Below, piece after piece: positions 25,981 to 35,284 of a DNA stretch of 64,000 nt. Position numbers and translations under genes: made by a program. Where the stretch lies: contig JBBDYP010000080.1 of NCBI GenBank assembly GCA_040900615.1, positions 20,090-84,089 of the forward strand, given 5' to 3'. Positions within the stretch are counted from its first letter, which is position 1. Every line of letters begins with the position of its first letter. This stretch comes from Solirubrobacterales bacterium. GTDB lineage: Bacteria > Actinomycetota > Thermoleophilia > Solirubrobacterales > 70-9. Under the pieces are notes generated by a model, which was given only the letters and a program-made list of their open reading frames with translations, made no database searches and was not told the DNA's origin.

Positions 25981-27633
25981 TCAGCCGGAAAGCTCGCTCG
26001 CGTCGACCTCGCGCAGGCAGTCGCGGTAGCGGCGCCACCAGGCGTGGAGCAGGCTCACAGCCTCCATCCCCAGGCGCAGGTCCCCGGACAGCTCGACTCC
26101 GTCGGGCGCGGCGAGCCAGGCGCGAAGCTGCGGTGAGAGATGCTCGGCCAGCGGGCCCTCGGCGAGCAGCCGGCGGTGGGCGTCGAGGGCAGGCTGCGAG
26201 CGCCAGCGGCGTTCCAGACGCGGTCCCGAGCGCGGCGTGTCGGTGGTGGAGGGCAGCCGACCCGCCATCGGGTCGAGGCGCTCGAAGATCGCCCGATAGA
26301 GAGCGCCGCCGTCCTTCTCGAGCTGAGTGGCGGACAGCGCCGCACTCACCACGGCGTCGCTCGCGCCGGGCGTCAGCACCCGGGCCTCACGGCCGAGCAA
26401 CCCGGTCGGGTAGGTCGCGACGCCGCGTACGGAGCGGGTCGCGTAGGTCGAGAGCAGGTTCTGCGACGGGTGCCCCCGGAAGCGGCGCGTCGCCGCCAGG
26501 AACTGCTCCCGCGCGCGGGAGACGACCGGGTCGTGGAGGTCATCGGCGAGGGCGCGATGAGCGAGGCCGTAGCGTCGCAGCGCCTCGAACAGCGTCAGGC
26601 TCGCGCCCTCGCGCCGCCGATGCTCGAGCGCCCCGGGCGGGTTGAAGTGCCGCTCCGACTGGACGAAGACGTCGATGGCGAAGCCGTCGGGGACCGGAGT
26701 TCGCAGGCCCTCGACCCGGCGCGCGACCGGGACCAGCCAGGCGTGGTCGACGAACTGGTACTCGACTCGCATCGCCCGCTCGTGCCAGTCCTGCGGATAG
26801 CTCGCCGGCGATCCGGAGAGGCGCTCGTGGGTGACGCCGAAGGCCGCGGCGACCGCCGCAGCGAGGTCCTCCTCGATCGTTTCCCCCTCGTCGTCGGAGA
26901 CGGTCACGGCGCGCTCCACCCGGCCCTCGGCGGCGAGCGCGCTGAAGAGCATGCGGGAGTCGCGGCCGCCGCTCAGCGGGCAGATGACGCTTCTCCCGAT
27001 CGGCGAGAGCGCCTCGCGCAGGCCCTCGACCGCGGCGTCCGCCGCGCCGGCGAGGCCGGCGCCGGGCTCGATCTGCTCCCACGGCGAGGTGTGTGCCCTG
27101 GGCCGGGCGGCCCCGAGGCGACGCCGCAGGGTCGAGAACGGGGGTAGACGGCGGACCTCGGCGAACGGGGTGCGGTCTCCCAGCGGGTAGCGGAGCGCGA
27201 TGATCGCCGCCCAGGCGTCCCAGTCGATCGAGAGCAAGTCGGGTGAGCTGCGGACCAGCGGGTCGATCCGCGAGGAGAAGTAGGTGGTGCCGCGATCCTC
27301 GATCCAGTACAGGGGCGCCAGCCCGTTGACGGCCGAGTGCAGGAATCTGCGCCGGCCTTCCAGCACCAGCCCGGTGGCGCCGCATCGAGCCGCGCCGCGC
27401 CAGTCGACGACGTCCGGGCGCGCTCGCCAGATCTCACCCTCGATCCAGCCGAGACCGCGCTGCCGCCTTCCATTCCATTCGATCGGCTCGCGGTCGAGCA
27501 TCAGGATCGAGGAGTCGTCCTCGTGCACGGTGCGCGGTGCGTCGCCGAGCAGGCCGGCGAGCCGGCGCATCCGCTCCGGGTCGAAGGAGCCGATGGCGCC
27601 GCAGACGACCGGGGCTCTAGCCGGAGCGGACAC
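25981..27633 (-). CDS. asparagine synthetase B-like amidotransferase family protein
   Basis: The Ntn-type CGAIG lies near the N-terminus, and SGGRDS (PP-loop SGGxDS) is mid-protein. Confidence 0.8.
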   Translation of the reverse strand: MSAPARAPVVCGAIGSFDPERMRRLAGLLGDAPRTVHEDDSSILMLDREPIEWNGRRQRGLGWIEGEIWRARPDVVDWRGAARCGATGLVLEGRRRFLHSAVNGLAPLYWIEDRGTTYFSSRIDPLVRSSPDLLSIDWDAWAAIIALRYPLGDRTPFAEVRRLPPFSTLRRRLGAARPRAHTSPWEQIEPGAGLAGAADAAVEGLREALSPIGRSVICPLSGGRDSRMLFSALAAEGRVERAVTVSDDEGETIEEDLAAAVAAAFGVTHERLSGSPASYPQDWHERAMRVEYQFVDHAWLVPVARRVEGLRTPVPDGFAIDVFVQSERHFNPPGALEHRRREGASLTLFEALRRYGLAHRALADDLHDPVVSRAREQFLAATRRFRGHPSQNLLSTYATRSVRGVATYPTGLLGREARVLTPGASDAVVSAALSATQLEKDGGALYRAIFERLDPMAGRLPSTTDTPRSGPRLERRWRSQPALDAHRRLLAEGPLAEHLSPQLRAWLAAPDGVELSGDLRLGMEAVSLLHAWWRRYRDCLREVDASELSG

Positions 27634-29140
27634 GCCGCGGCTGGATCTTGAGGCGACGCGAGACGGCGGCTTCGAAGCTGTCGTCGGCGAGGACCCTCGC
27701 CCGGAAGCTCGAGCGCCGCTTGATCCGGGGCCGGAAGCGAACCGTGCAGGCGCGGTCGAGATGGCGGGTGCCGAGCCGCTGGCGACCGCGATACAACCTC
27801 ACCGGCTCGCCACGGCGGCCTTTGCAGGGGGAGACCCAGGCGGTGATCAGGGCCCGGTCGCCGCGCCTCACCCTGCGGCTCAGGGCCTTGACACCGACGT
27901 AGGAGCGGCCGAGCTGCTTCTGCCCGGCGGAGCTGTCCGTGGCACACGGATTCGGCGACGCCCCCACCAGCCGCGAGACCGAGCTGCCCCCGGAGACGAC
28001 ATAGAGCCGCCCGCAGGAGTCCTCGCCGAAGGAGTGGAGGCCTTCGACCACGATGCCCTCCGTGCGATCGGTCGGGAGCGGGTTGGCGAGGCTCAGCGAG
28101 CGCAGCTCGCCGGTGCAGAGGTCGCCGTACAGATAGCGGCCGTAGAGATCGCTGCCGAGGCTCTGGTCGCGGACCACGTAGCCGCCGATGATCGCGCAGC
28201 CGAAGGCGCCGCCGTCGCCGGGATCGGCATGCGGGTAGTCGAAGGCGGGGTTGACGAAGCCGCCCTCTTCTTTGCCGGTGCAGAGCGGGTCTTCGGTGAC
28301 TTCGGAAGTGATCCCGGCGGGTCCGGCCAAGAATCCCTCGCGGCAGCTCCAGCCGTAGTTGGCTTCGGCGCCGAGACCCGGGGCCGGCGCGTAGTCGACC
28401 TCCTCCGCGGTGTCCTGCCCGACGTCCCCGATCGTCAGATCGCCGCTGAGCCGGTCGAAGGAGAAGCGGAAGGGATTGCGCAGTCCAGAACTCCAGATCG
28501 TGTCGAACGGCGACGTCGCTGCGGGGAACGGGTTGTCGGCCGGGACCGTGTAGGGCGCGGGCCCGCTCTGGCGGGGGTCGATCCGCAGCATCTTCCCCAG
28601 CAGGCTTTCCATGTCCTGGGCGTTGTGCTGTTCGTCGTTTTCTCCGCCGCCGTCGCCGGTGGCGAGGTAGAGGTATCCGTCGGGCCCGAACTGGACCTGG
28701 CCGCCGTTGTGATTGGCCAACGGATGTTCGATGGCGATCACCTCGCGCAGGGTGGAGATCGGTGCGGTCGCCCCGACGGCCCGCAGCTCGGCGACGTGGA
28801 TCTCCCCCGGTTCTTCGGTGCCCGTGTAGTAGAGGTAGAGCAGGCCGCTGCTGTCGAAGTCGGGCGCGAGGGCGATCGAGAGCAGGCCGCGCTCGCTCGC
28901 ACAGCAGCTCACCTTTTCGCGCACGTCGGCGAAGACGCTCACCGTCCCGCTCTGGACCTGCATGACCCGCCCCTCGCGCTCGACCACGAAGAGCCGGTTC
29001 GGGTCCCCCGGGTCCGAGGTCACGTAGATCGGCTGGTCGAAGTTGCCGATCGGTTCGAGGGTGGCGGCGTTGGCGCCGGCGGCGCTCAGAAGGCCGAGCA
29101 GCAGCGCGATGAGTCCCGCAGCTCGAATCACCGTTCCCAA
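27617..29140 (-). CDS. secreted PQQ-dependent sugar dehydrogenase (SGDH beta-propeller) family protein
   Basis: Signal peptide. HNGGQVQFGPDGYLYLATGDGG and GLRNPFRFSFD motifs. The start is TTG at 29140. Confidence 0.8.
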   Translation of the reverse strand: MGTVIRAAGLIALLLGLLSAAGANAATLEPIGNFDQPIYVTSDPGDPNRLFVVEREGRVMQVQSGTVSVFADVREKVSCCASERGLLSIALAPDFDSSGLLYLYYTGTEEPGEIHVAELRAVGATAPISTLREVIAIEHPLANHNGGQVQFGPDGYLYLATGDGGGENDEQHNAQDMESLLGKMLRIDPRQSGPAPYTVPADNPFPAATSPFDTIWSSGLRNPFRFSFDRLSGDLTIGDVGQDTAEEVDYAPAPGLGAEANYGWSCREGFLAGPAGITSEVTEDPLCTGKEEGGFVNPAFDYPHADPGDGGAFGCAIIGGYVVRDQSLGSDLYGRYLYGDLCTGELRSLSLANPLPTDRTEGIVVEGLHSFGEDSCGRLYVVSGGSSVSRLVGASPNPCATDSSAGQKQLGRSYVGVKALSRRVRRGDRALITAWVSPCKGRRGEPVRLYRGRQRLGTRHLDRACTVRFRPRIKRRSSFRARVLADDSFEAAVSRRLKIQPRRVRSG

Positions 29141-29170
29141 CTTAGCGATGCGGCGAGCGGTTCCCTCGGC

Positions 29171-29754
29171 TCAACTGCGGCGCCGCCAGGCGAAGCCGGT
29201 CCAGTCGATCTGCTCCATCGGCTCGTCGATGCCGTTGACGCGGCGGAAGTCATCGACGGCCTGCCGGCACTGCGGGATCGCGCCGTAGTCGTCGATGATC
29301 ACGAAGCCTCCCGGCGAGAGATCGGGATAGAGGCTCTCCAGGGCGACGATGGTCGACTCGTACATGTCCCCGTCAAGGCGCAGGAGCGACCAGCGATTCT
29401 TCCCCAGGAGCGGCGGCAGCGTATCGCTGAACCATCCGCGCAGGAAGCGGACCCGCTCGTCCATCAAGCCGTATCGCTCGAACGCGCTGCGGACGTCCTC
29501 TTCGGGCACGGCGAGGAAGTCGAATTTGTGGTGCGGGTCGCCGGCGTCGGCCGGGTACTGCTCCGGCCGGGACTGCGGCAGGTGCCGTTCAGCGGCCAGT
29601 CGGACCCGGTTTTGCGGCGTTCGCGCTGGTCATCCGGCAGCACGGCGGGGACGACCGAGCCGTCCGGCTGCAGCTGGGCGGAGAAGGTGTGGTACCCGAG
29701 CAGGTCGCAGAGCGAGCGCTTCAGAATCTCGAGGTACGCGGCACCGGTATCCAT
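29171..29754 (-). pseudogene. TylF/MycF-type O-methyltransferase gene remnant (frameshift plus internal deletion)
   Basis: The N-terminal part (MDTGAAYLEILKRSL...GSDWP) is in one frame. The C-terminal part (RPEQYPADAGDPHHKFDFLAVPEEDVRSAFERYGL...LRLDGDMYESTIVALESLYPDLSPGGFVIIDDY) is in another. The two are joined after only about 30 codons, with no SAM-binding glycine-rich motif between them. Confidence 0.55.
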
Positions 29755-29842
29755 CGGCGGCAAGCCTATTCTTCGGGCCGGGCCGAAACCCTGCGTGTCC
29801 GATCGCACCCGGGCGGGCAACGGTCCGATAGCGTCAGGCGCC

Positions 29843-30937
29843 GTGGAGCGCCTGCTGATAACCGGTGGGGCCGGGTTCGTCGGCTCGAACCTCGCCGTCT
29901 CGCTCGCCACCCGCCACTCCGACTGGGAGATCCTGGCGCTCGACAACCTCTACCGGAAGGGCTCGGAGCTGAACCTGCCGCGGTTGGAGGAGGCCGGCGT
30001 CGAGTTCGTCCGCGGCGACGTCCGCGAGGCGGGCGAGCTCGCAGCCCTGCCCGCCTGCTCGGCGCTGATCGAGTGCTCGGCGGAGCCGTCCGTGATGAGC
30101 GGGGTCGACGGTGATACCGGCTACCTCGTCCACACCAACCTCACCGGCGCCTACAACTGCCTCGAGCTGGCCCGCCGCGACGGCGCCTTCGTCGTCTTCC
30201 TCTCGACCAGCCGCGTCTACCCGGTGGCGCCGCAGGTCTCGCTCAATCTCGACGAGATCGAGACCCGCTTCGAGATCGCCGCCGAGCAGCAGGTTGCGGG
30301 AGCTTCCCCGGCGGGCATCTCCGAGCAGTTCCCGATGGACGGGCCCCGCACCCTCTACGGCGCCACCAAGCTCGCCGCCGAGCTGCTGATCGAGGAGTAC
30401 CGGGCGGGGTTGGGCGTGCCGGCGGTGATCGACCGCTGCGGCGTGATCGCCGGACCGTGGCAGATGGGCAAGGTCGACCAGGGCGTCTTCACCCACTGGA
30501 TGCTCGCCCACCACTTCCGCAACCCGCTCAGCTACATCGGGTTTGGGGGGCATGGCAAGCAGGTCAGAGACCTACTGCACGTCGAGGACCTCGTCGACCT
30601 GGTCGAGCGGCAGCTTCTCGACCCCGACGCTTGGGACGGTCGCACCGTCAACGTCGGCGGCGGGCGCGAGTGCAGCCTCTCGCTATTGGAGACGACCGAG
30701 ATCTGCCGCCGGTTGACCGGCAACGATGTACCCATCGAGCCCGTCGAGGAGACCAGGGCGGGTGACGTGCCGATATACCTCTCCGACTGCACGAGACTCT
30801 TTGACATGGACGATTGGCGACCTCGCCGCAGCGCCGAGCAGGTGCTGACCGACATCCACCAGTGGATCGCGGCGGACGAGGAGCGGATCGCCCAGGCGCT
30901 CAACATCAATGCCCCGCCAGCCGGGGGAAGGGAGTAG
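29843..30937 (+). CDS. NAD-dependent epimerase/dehydratase (extended SDR, CDP-paratose-2-epimerase-like)
   Basis: The GTG at 29843 lies within the 1217-aa composite [15 protein letters not shown] Rossmann motif and YGATK catalytic YxxxK. Confidence 0.8.
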   Translation: MERLLITGGAGFVGSNLAVSLATRHSDWEILALDNLYRKGSELNLPRLEEAGVEFVRGDVREAGELAALPACSALIECSAEPSVMSGVDGDTGYLVHTNLTGAYNCLELARRDGAFVVFLSTSRVYPVAPQVSLNLDEIETRFEIAAEQQVAGASPAGISEQFPMDGPRTLYGATKLAAELLIEEYRAGLGVPAVIDRCGVIAGPWQMGKVDQGVFTHWMLAHHFRNPLSYIGFGGHGKQVRDLLHVEDLVDLVERQLLDPDAWDGRTVNVGGGRECSLSLLETTEICRRLTGNDVPIEPVEETRAGDVPIYLSDCTRLFDMDDWRPRRSAEQVLTDIHQWIAADEERIAQALNINAPPAGGRE

Positions 30938-30941
30938 ACGA

Positions 30942-32015
30942 ATGCCGGTTGCGATCATCACGGGCGCGGGAGGCCTGATCGGCTCGGAGGCGGTCGAGCA
31001 TTTCGTCGCCGAGGGCTTCGACGTGGTCGGGATCGAGAACGACATGCGGGCCCGCTTCTTCGGCCCCGAGTCCTCGACCTCGCACGTGACCGAGCGGCTC
31101 GTCGCCGAGCACCCCGAGTTCCGCTGGGAGAACGCCGACATCCGCGACGCAGACACAGTCGAGCGGATCTTCCGCGAGCACGCCGGCAGGATCGAGCTGG
31201 TCGTCCACACGGCCGCCCAGCCCTCCCATGACTGGGCCGCCAGCGAGCCCCAAACCGACTTCGGCGTCAACGCCAACGGCACCCTGAACCTGCTCGAGGC
31301 CGCCCGCGCCCACTCGCCCGACGCCCCGTTCATCTTCTGCTCGACCAACAAGGTCTACGGCGACACCCCCAACCGCCTGCCGCTGCAAGACCTCGAGAAA
31401 CGGCTCGAGCTGCCCGAGGACCATCCCTACTACAAGGGGATCGATACCTCGATGTCGATCGACGCCTCCACGCACTCGTTGTTCGGCGTCTCCAAGGCAG
31501 CCGCCGACCTGCTGGTGCAGGAGTACGGCCGCTACTTCGGGATGCCCACCGTCGCCTTCCGCGGCGGCTGCCTCACCGGTCCCCAGCACGCCGGCGCCAA
31601 GCTGCACGGCTTCCTCGCCTACCTGATGAAGTGCACCGTCACCGGCACCCCCTACACGGTCTTCGGCTATGCCGGCAAGCAGGTCCGCGACAACATCCAC
31701 AGCGCCGACCTGATCGCCGCCTTCGCCGCCTTCCACAAGGCGCCTCGGCCAGCGGCGGTCTACAACATCGGCGGCGGCCGCTTCAGCAACTGCTCGATGC
31801 TGGAGGCGATCGAGGTCTGCGAGCGGATCTCGGGCCGCGAGCTGAGCTGGGAGATGGGGGAGGAGCCGCGGATCGGCGACCACCGCTGGTGGATCTCCGA
31901 CCTGGCCCCGTTCCAGGCCGATTACCCGGACTGGGAGCTGCGCTACGGGATCGAGGAGATCCTGCAGGAGATTTACGAGCAGAACCTCGAGCGCTGGACC
32001 GTGAGCGCGGCATGA
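30942..32015 (+). CDS. NAD-dependent epimerase/dehydratase-like SDR with non-canonical catalytic motif (FGVSK instead of YxxxK)
   Basis: The ATG at 30942 follows [23 protein letters not shown] Rossmann motif and STNKVYG. The position of the catalytic Tyr reads SLFGVSK. Confidence 0.8.
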   Translation: MPVAIITGAGGLIGSEAVEHFVAEGFDVVGIENDMRARFFGPESSTSHVTERLVAEHPEFRWENADIRDADTVERIFREHAGRIELVVHTAAQPSHDWAASEPQTDFGVNANGTLNLLEAARAHSPDAPFIFCSTNKVYGDTPNRLPLQDLEKRLELPEDHPYYKGIDTSMSIDASTHSLFGVSKAAADLLVQEYGRYFGMPTVAFRGGCLTGPQHAGAKLHGFLAYLMKCTVTGTPYTVFGYAGKQVRDNIHSADLIAAFAAFHKAPRPAAVYNIGGGRFSNCSMLEAIEVCERISGRELSWEMGEEPRIGDHRWWISDLAPFQADYPDWELRYGIEEILQEIYEQNLERWTVSAA

Positions 32016-32791
32016 AGCTCTCGGTGGTGATGCCGGCCCAGAACGAGGAGGGCTCGGTCGGGGCGACGGTGGAGGGGATCGTCGCTGCCTTGGAGCGGGA
32101 GGAGATCGACTACGAGGTCGTCGTCATCAACGACGACAGCGAAGACTCGACCGAGGAGGTCGTCGCCGCGATCGGCGCCGAGAACGAGCGGGTCCGCTGC
32201 CACCGCTCACATTACGAGCGTGGCTTCGGGATGGCGATCAGGGCCGGTCTCGACGTCTTCGAGGGAGACGCCGTCGCGATTGTGATGGCCGATGCCTCCG
32301 ACGATCCCGAGGATCTCGTGCGCTACCACCGGTTGCTCGAAGACGGCTGGGACTGCGCCTTCGGGTCGCGCTTCGTCCCCGGCGCCCAGGTCAACGACTA
32401 CCCGCGCCTGAAGCTGACGATCAACCGGCTCGCCAACTGGTTCATCCGCGTCCTCTTCCGCCACCGCTACAACGACACGACGAACGCCTTCAAGGCGTAC
32501 CGGCGCGAGGTGATCGAGACGATCCAGCCGCTGCTCTCCAAGCACTTCAACCTGACCGTCGAGATTCCGCTGAAGGCGATCGTGCGCGGCCACACCTACG
32601 AGGTGGTCCCGACCAACTGGACGAACCGCACCAGCGGCGTGCCGAAGCTGGCGATGCGGGAGATGGGCAGCCGTTATCTCTTCATCGTCCTCTACGTCTG
32701 GCTCGAGAACGCCCTCAGCCGCGGCGACTACCAGGTGCGCAAGCCCACCCATCGCCGTCGCTTCCCGACCGGCGGGCCGACGCCGCGCTAG
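32012..32791 (+). CDS. GT2 polyprenyl-phosphate glycosyltransferase (DPM1/GtrB/ArnC-like)
   Basis: The ATGA overlaps the previous stop. [30 protein letters not shown] and the [10 protein letters not shown] pattern match this subfamily. There is a C-terminal hydrophobic segment. Confidence 0.8.
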   Translation: MKLSVVMPAQNEEGSVGATVEGIVAALEREEIDYEVVVINDDSEDSTEEVVAAIGAENERVRCHRSHYERGFGMAIRAGLDVFEGDAVAIVMADASDDPEDLVRYHRLLEDGWDCAFGSRFVPGAQVNDYPRLKLTINRLANWFIRVLFRHRYNDTTNAFKAYRREVIETIQPLLSKHFNLTVEIPLKAIVRGHTYEVVPTNWTNRTSGVPKLAMREMGSRYLFIVLYVWLENALSRGDYQVRKPTHRRRFPTGGPTPR

Positions 32792-33435
32792 TCCTTGCGC
32801 CCGATCACGAGGAACTGCTTGCCCAGCAGCCTCCAGGCCGGCGGCGTCTTCAGGTAGAGCCGGGTCAGCTGCGGGGAGGGAGGCAGGATCCCGCGGAACG
32901 AGTAGGGCAGGTAGCGCGGGATGATCCGCTCCGGCTCGAAGCCGGCGGCGTAGAGGTGCTCCCCGATCGCCACGTGGGTCAGCGCGACGTAGTGGTCGGC
33001 GCAGTCCCAGTACTCGTCCGAGCAGTAGCGGTAGTTGGGCCCCATGATCGCGATCCGCCCGCCGCGCTCCATCACCCCGTGCATCTTTTCGAGGAAGGCG
33101 GCGATCGCCTCCTGGTCGTAGAGGTGCTCGAGGAAGTTGGAGACGTAGACGCCGTCGAAGTGGTCCTGGGGAAGCTCCGCGTCCATGATCGGCGCGGTGA
33201 TCACGATCGTGTCGGGCTTGTGCGCGGCCTCCTCGTAGCTGACCGCGTCGACCGCCCAGGTCTCCTTCGCCGGGACGGCTCCGATGAACTCACCGCGACC
33301 GGCCGCCGGGTCGAGGACCTTCTGCGGCTTCCCCATCAGCCCGTGGACGTGGGGGCCGATCTCCTGCCAGACGGCGATCCTGCCGCTCTGGTCGATGTCG
33401 CGGAAGCGGTACTGGTAGAGCCGTTCGTAGTTCAT
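32788..33435 (-). CDS. class I SAM-dependent methyltransferase
   Basis: The ATG at 33435 lies within ORF 32788..34047. VLDPAAGRGEF (motif I-like) and VYVSNFLEHL. Confidence 0.7.
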   Translation of the reverse strand: MNYERLYQYRFRDIDQSGRIAVWQEIGPHVHGLMGKPQKVLDPAAGRGEFIGAVPAKETWAVDAVSYEEAAHKPDTIVITAPIMDAELPQDHFDGVYVSNFLEHLYDQEAIAAFLEKMHGVMERGGRIAIMGPNYRYCSDEYWDCADHYVALTHVAIGEHLYAAGFEPERIIPRYLPYSFRGILPPSPQLTRLYLKTPPAWRLLGKQFLVIGRKD

Positions 33436-33582
33436 GTCAGGCGAATTGCTCCTTGGTCGGGTGACATGGCAGCCTCGTGGCCGTCGCGGAATATGCGAAC
33501 CTACCGGCCGATGCACGTGGCGGGGGTTCACGGTCCGGGGGCTGGCTCGGAATTGCCGGTGTCTCGGGGCGTCCGTTAACCG

Positions 33583-35283
33583 ATGGAACAGGCCGAGCTG
33601 CTCTTGCTGCTGGTCGCGCATCTGGCCCTGACCGCCCTGCCCGGCGCCGCCGCGGCCCTGCTCGGCGCCCGGTTGGGCGTGCGGCAGGTGCCGGTCCTGC
33701 TGGCGATTGGCATGGCCGCCACGGGCGCCGTCGCGATGCTCTCCTTCTGGGGCTTCTACGGCGACCCGGTGGTGGGAGAAGCCCTCTCCTTCTTCGTCGT
33801 CTTCGGCTCGATGCTGCTGATCGGTTGGGCGCTCTACGGCGGGCGCGTCGACCCCGGTCTGCTCAGGAGCCTGGCCACACCGCTTGCGCTGTGGGCCCTC
33901 GGATCGGCCTTTCTGCTGCTGCTCGGCTTCGTGCACGGCGGCATGGATGCGCCGCTGGCGACGGGTGCGACGCGGTTCTCGCACGCCCTGCCGACCGACA
34001 GCACGATTCCCGTCTTCTACGCGGACTGGTTCTTTCAGCACGGCCATAGCGGCGCGCCTCCGGTATTCCCCGGGGAATGGCTATCCAGCGACCGGCCACC
34101 GCTGCAGGTGGGCTACGTGCTCTCGCAGCGGCCTTTCGGCTGGGACGAGGGCGACCTCAACTACCAGGTGCTCGCGGTGGCGCTGCAGCAGCTGTGGATC
34201 GTCGGGCTGTGGGCCCTGCTCGTGGCCGCGGGGGTGGGTCGCGTGACCCGGGCCCTGGCAATGGTGGCGGTGCTCCTCAGCGGCCTGGCGATCGTCAACG
34301 GCTTCTTCGTCTGGCCCAAGATGCTCCCTGCGGCGATGCTGCTGGCGGCGGCGGCGCTGGTGTTGACGCCACTCTGGGCGCAGTTGCGCAACAGCCTCTG
34401 GGCGGCGGCGCTGTTCGCGGCGCTCTGCGGGCTGGCCCTGCTCGGGCACGGGGCGAGCGTCTATGGGGTCATCGCGCTCGTCCTCGTCGCCGCCTTCCGC
34501 GGGCTGCCGAGCTGGCGCTGGCTTGGCGTCGCCGCGGCGGTCGGGATAGTGCTGATGGCGCCCTGGTCGGCTTACCAAAAGTACGGAGACCCACCCGGCA
34601 ACCGCCTCACCAAGTGGACGCTCGCCGGGGTGGTCGAAATCGACGATCGCGGCGTCCTCGAGTCGATTCGCGACTCCTACTCGGAAGCCGGCTTCGATGG
34701 CATGATCGACAACAAGGTCCAGAACTATCTGGCCATGTACGGCGGCGAGCAGACGGTCGAAGCCCTCGACCACGCGCTCGAGACCGGCGAGCTTGAGGAA
34801 GTCGTCCGGACGCTCCGCGGAATCTCCTTCTTCAATCTGCTTCCCTCGATGGGCCTGCTGCTGATCGCGCCGGTGGCGATGGCGGTGGCCTGGCGTCGCT
34901 GCCGACGCAATGCGGCCGAATGGGACCTCGCCCTCGTCTGCCTCACGGCATTCGCCGCCGGCGCGATCGTCTGGGGACTGCTGGCCTTCGGCAATCTGGC
35001 CGCCAGGACCTTCATCCACGTCGGCACCTATCTGGTGCCCCTGCTGGGGATCTGCGGTGCGGTCGTGGGCCTGCGGGCGTCATTCCCGCGCTTTGCCCTC
35101 TACTTCGTCGGCCTCAGCGCCCTCCTCGGCCTCGCCGTCTACGCGCCGGCTCTCGATCCGCTGCCCGGCACCGCCTACTCGCCCCTCGCCATCGCGATCG
35201 CCGCCGCCAGTCTGGCGGGCTTCGCGGCCGTCGCGCTGCGCGAGGACGGCACCCCCTCGCCGGCGGCGAGCGAGGCCAGCTGA
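33583..35283 (+). CDS. large polytopic integral membrane protein (GT-C-like candidate), function unknown
   Basis: 566 aa with more than 10 hydrophobic helices and proper codon bias. It sits next to the GtrB-like GT2. Confidence 0.6.
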   Translation: MEQAELLLLLVAHLALTALPGAAAALLGARLGVRQVPVLLAIGMAATGAVAMLSFWGFYGDPVVGEALSFFVVFGSMLLIGWALYGGRVDPGLLRSLATPLALWALGSAFLLLLGFVHGGMDAPLATGATRFSHALPTDSTIPVFYADWFFQHGHSGAPPVFPGEWLSSDRPPLQVGYVLSQRPFGWDEGDLNYQVLAVALQQLWIVGLWALLVAAGVGRVTRALAMVAVLLSGLAIVNGFFVWPKMLPAAMLLAAAALVLTPLWAQLRNSLWAAALFAALCGLALLGHGASVYGVIALVLVAAFRGLPSWRWLGVAAAVGIVLMAPWSAYQKYGDPPGNRLTKWTLAGVVEIDDRGVLESIRDSYSEAGFDGMIDNKVQNYLAMYGGEQTVEALDHALETGELEEVVRTLRGISFFNLLPSMGLLLIAPVAMAVAWRRCRRNAAEWDLALVCLTAFAAGAIVWGLLAFGNLAARTFIHVGTYLVPLLGICGAVVGLRASFPRFALYFVGLSALLGLAVYAPALDPLPGTAYSPLAIAIAAASLAGFAAVALREDGTPSPAASEAS

Positions 35284-35284
35284 G

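Noticed and set aside
27284-30937. 1217-aa plus-strand ORF, the second-longest in the window after lhr
   Set aside because: Its first ~850 codons are the antisense shadow of the AsnB-like, PQQ-dehydrogenase and TylF-remnant genes, with Arg/Ala/Gly/Pro-rich, motif-free translation. Only the last 364 codons, from the GTG at 29843, form a recognisable SDR epimerase.
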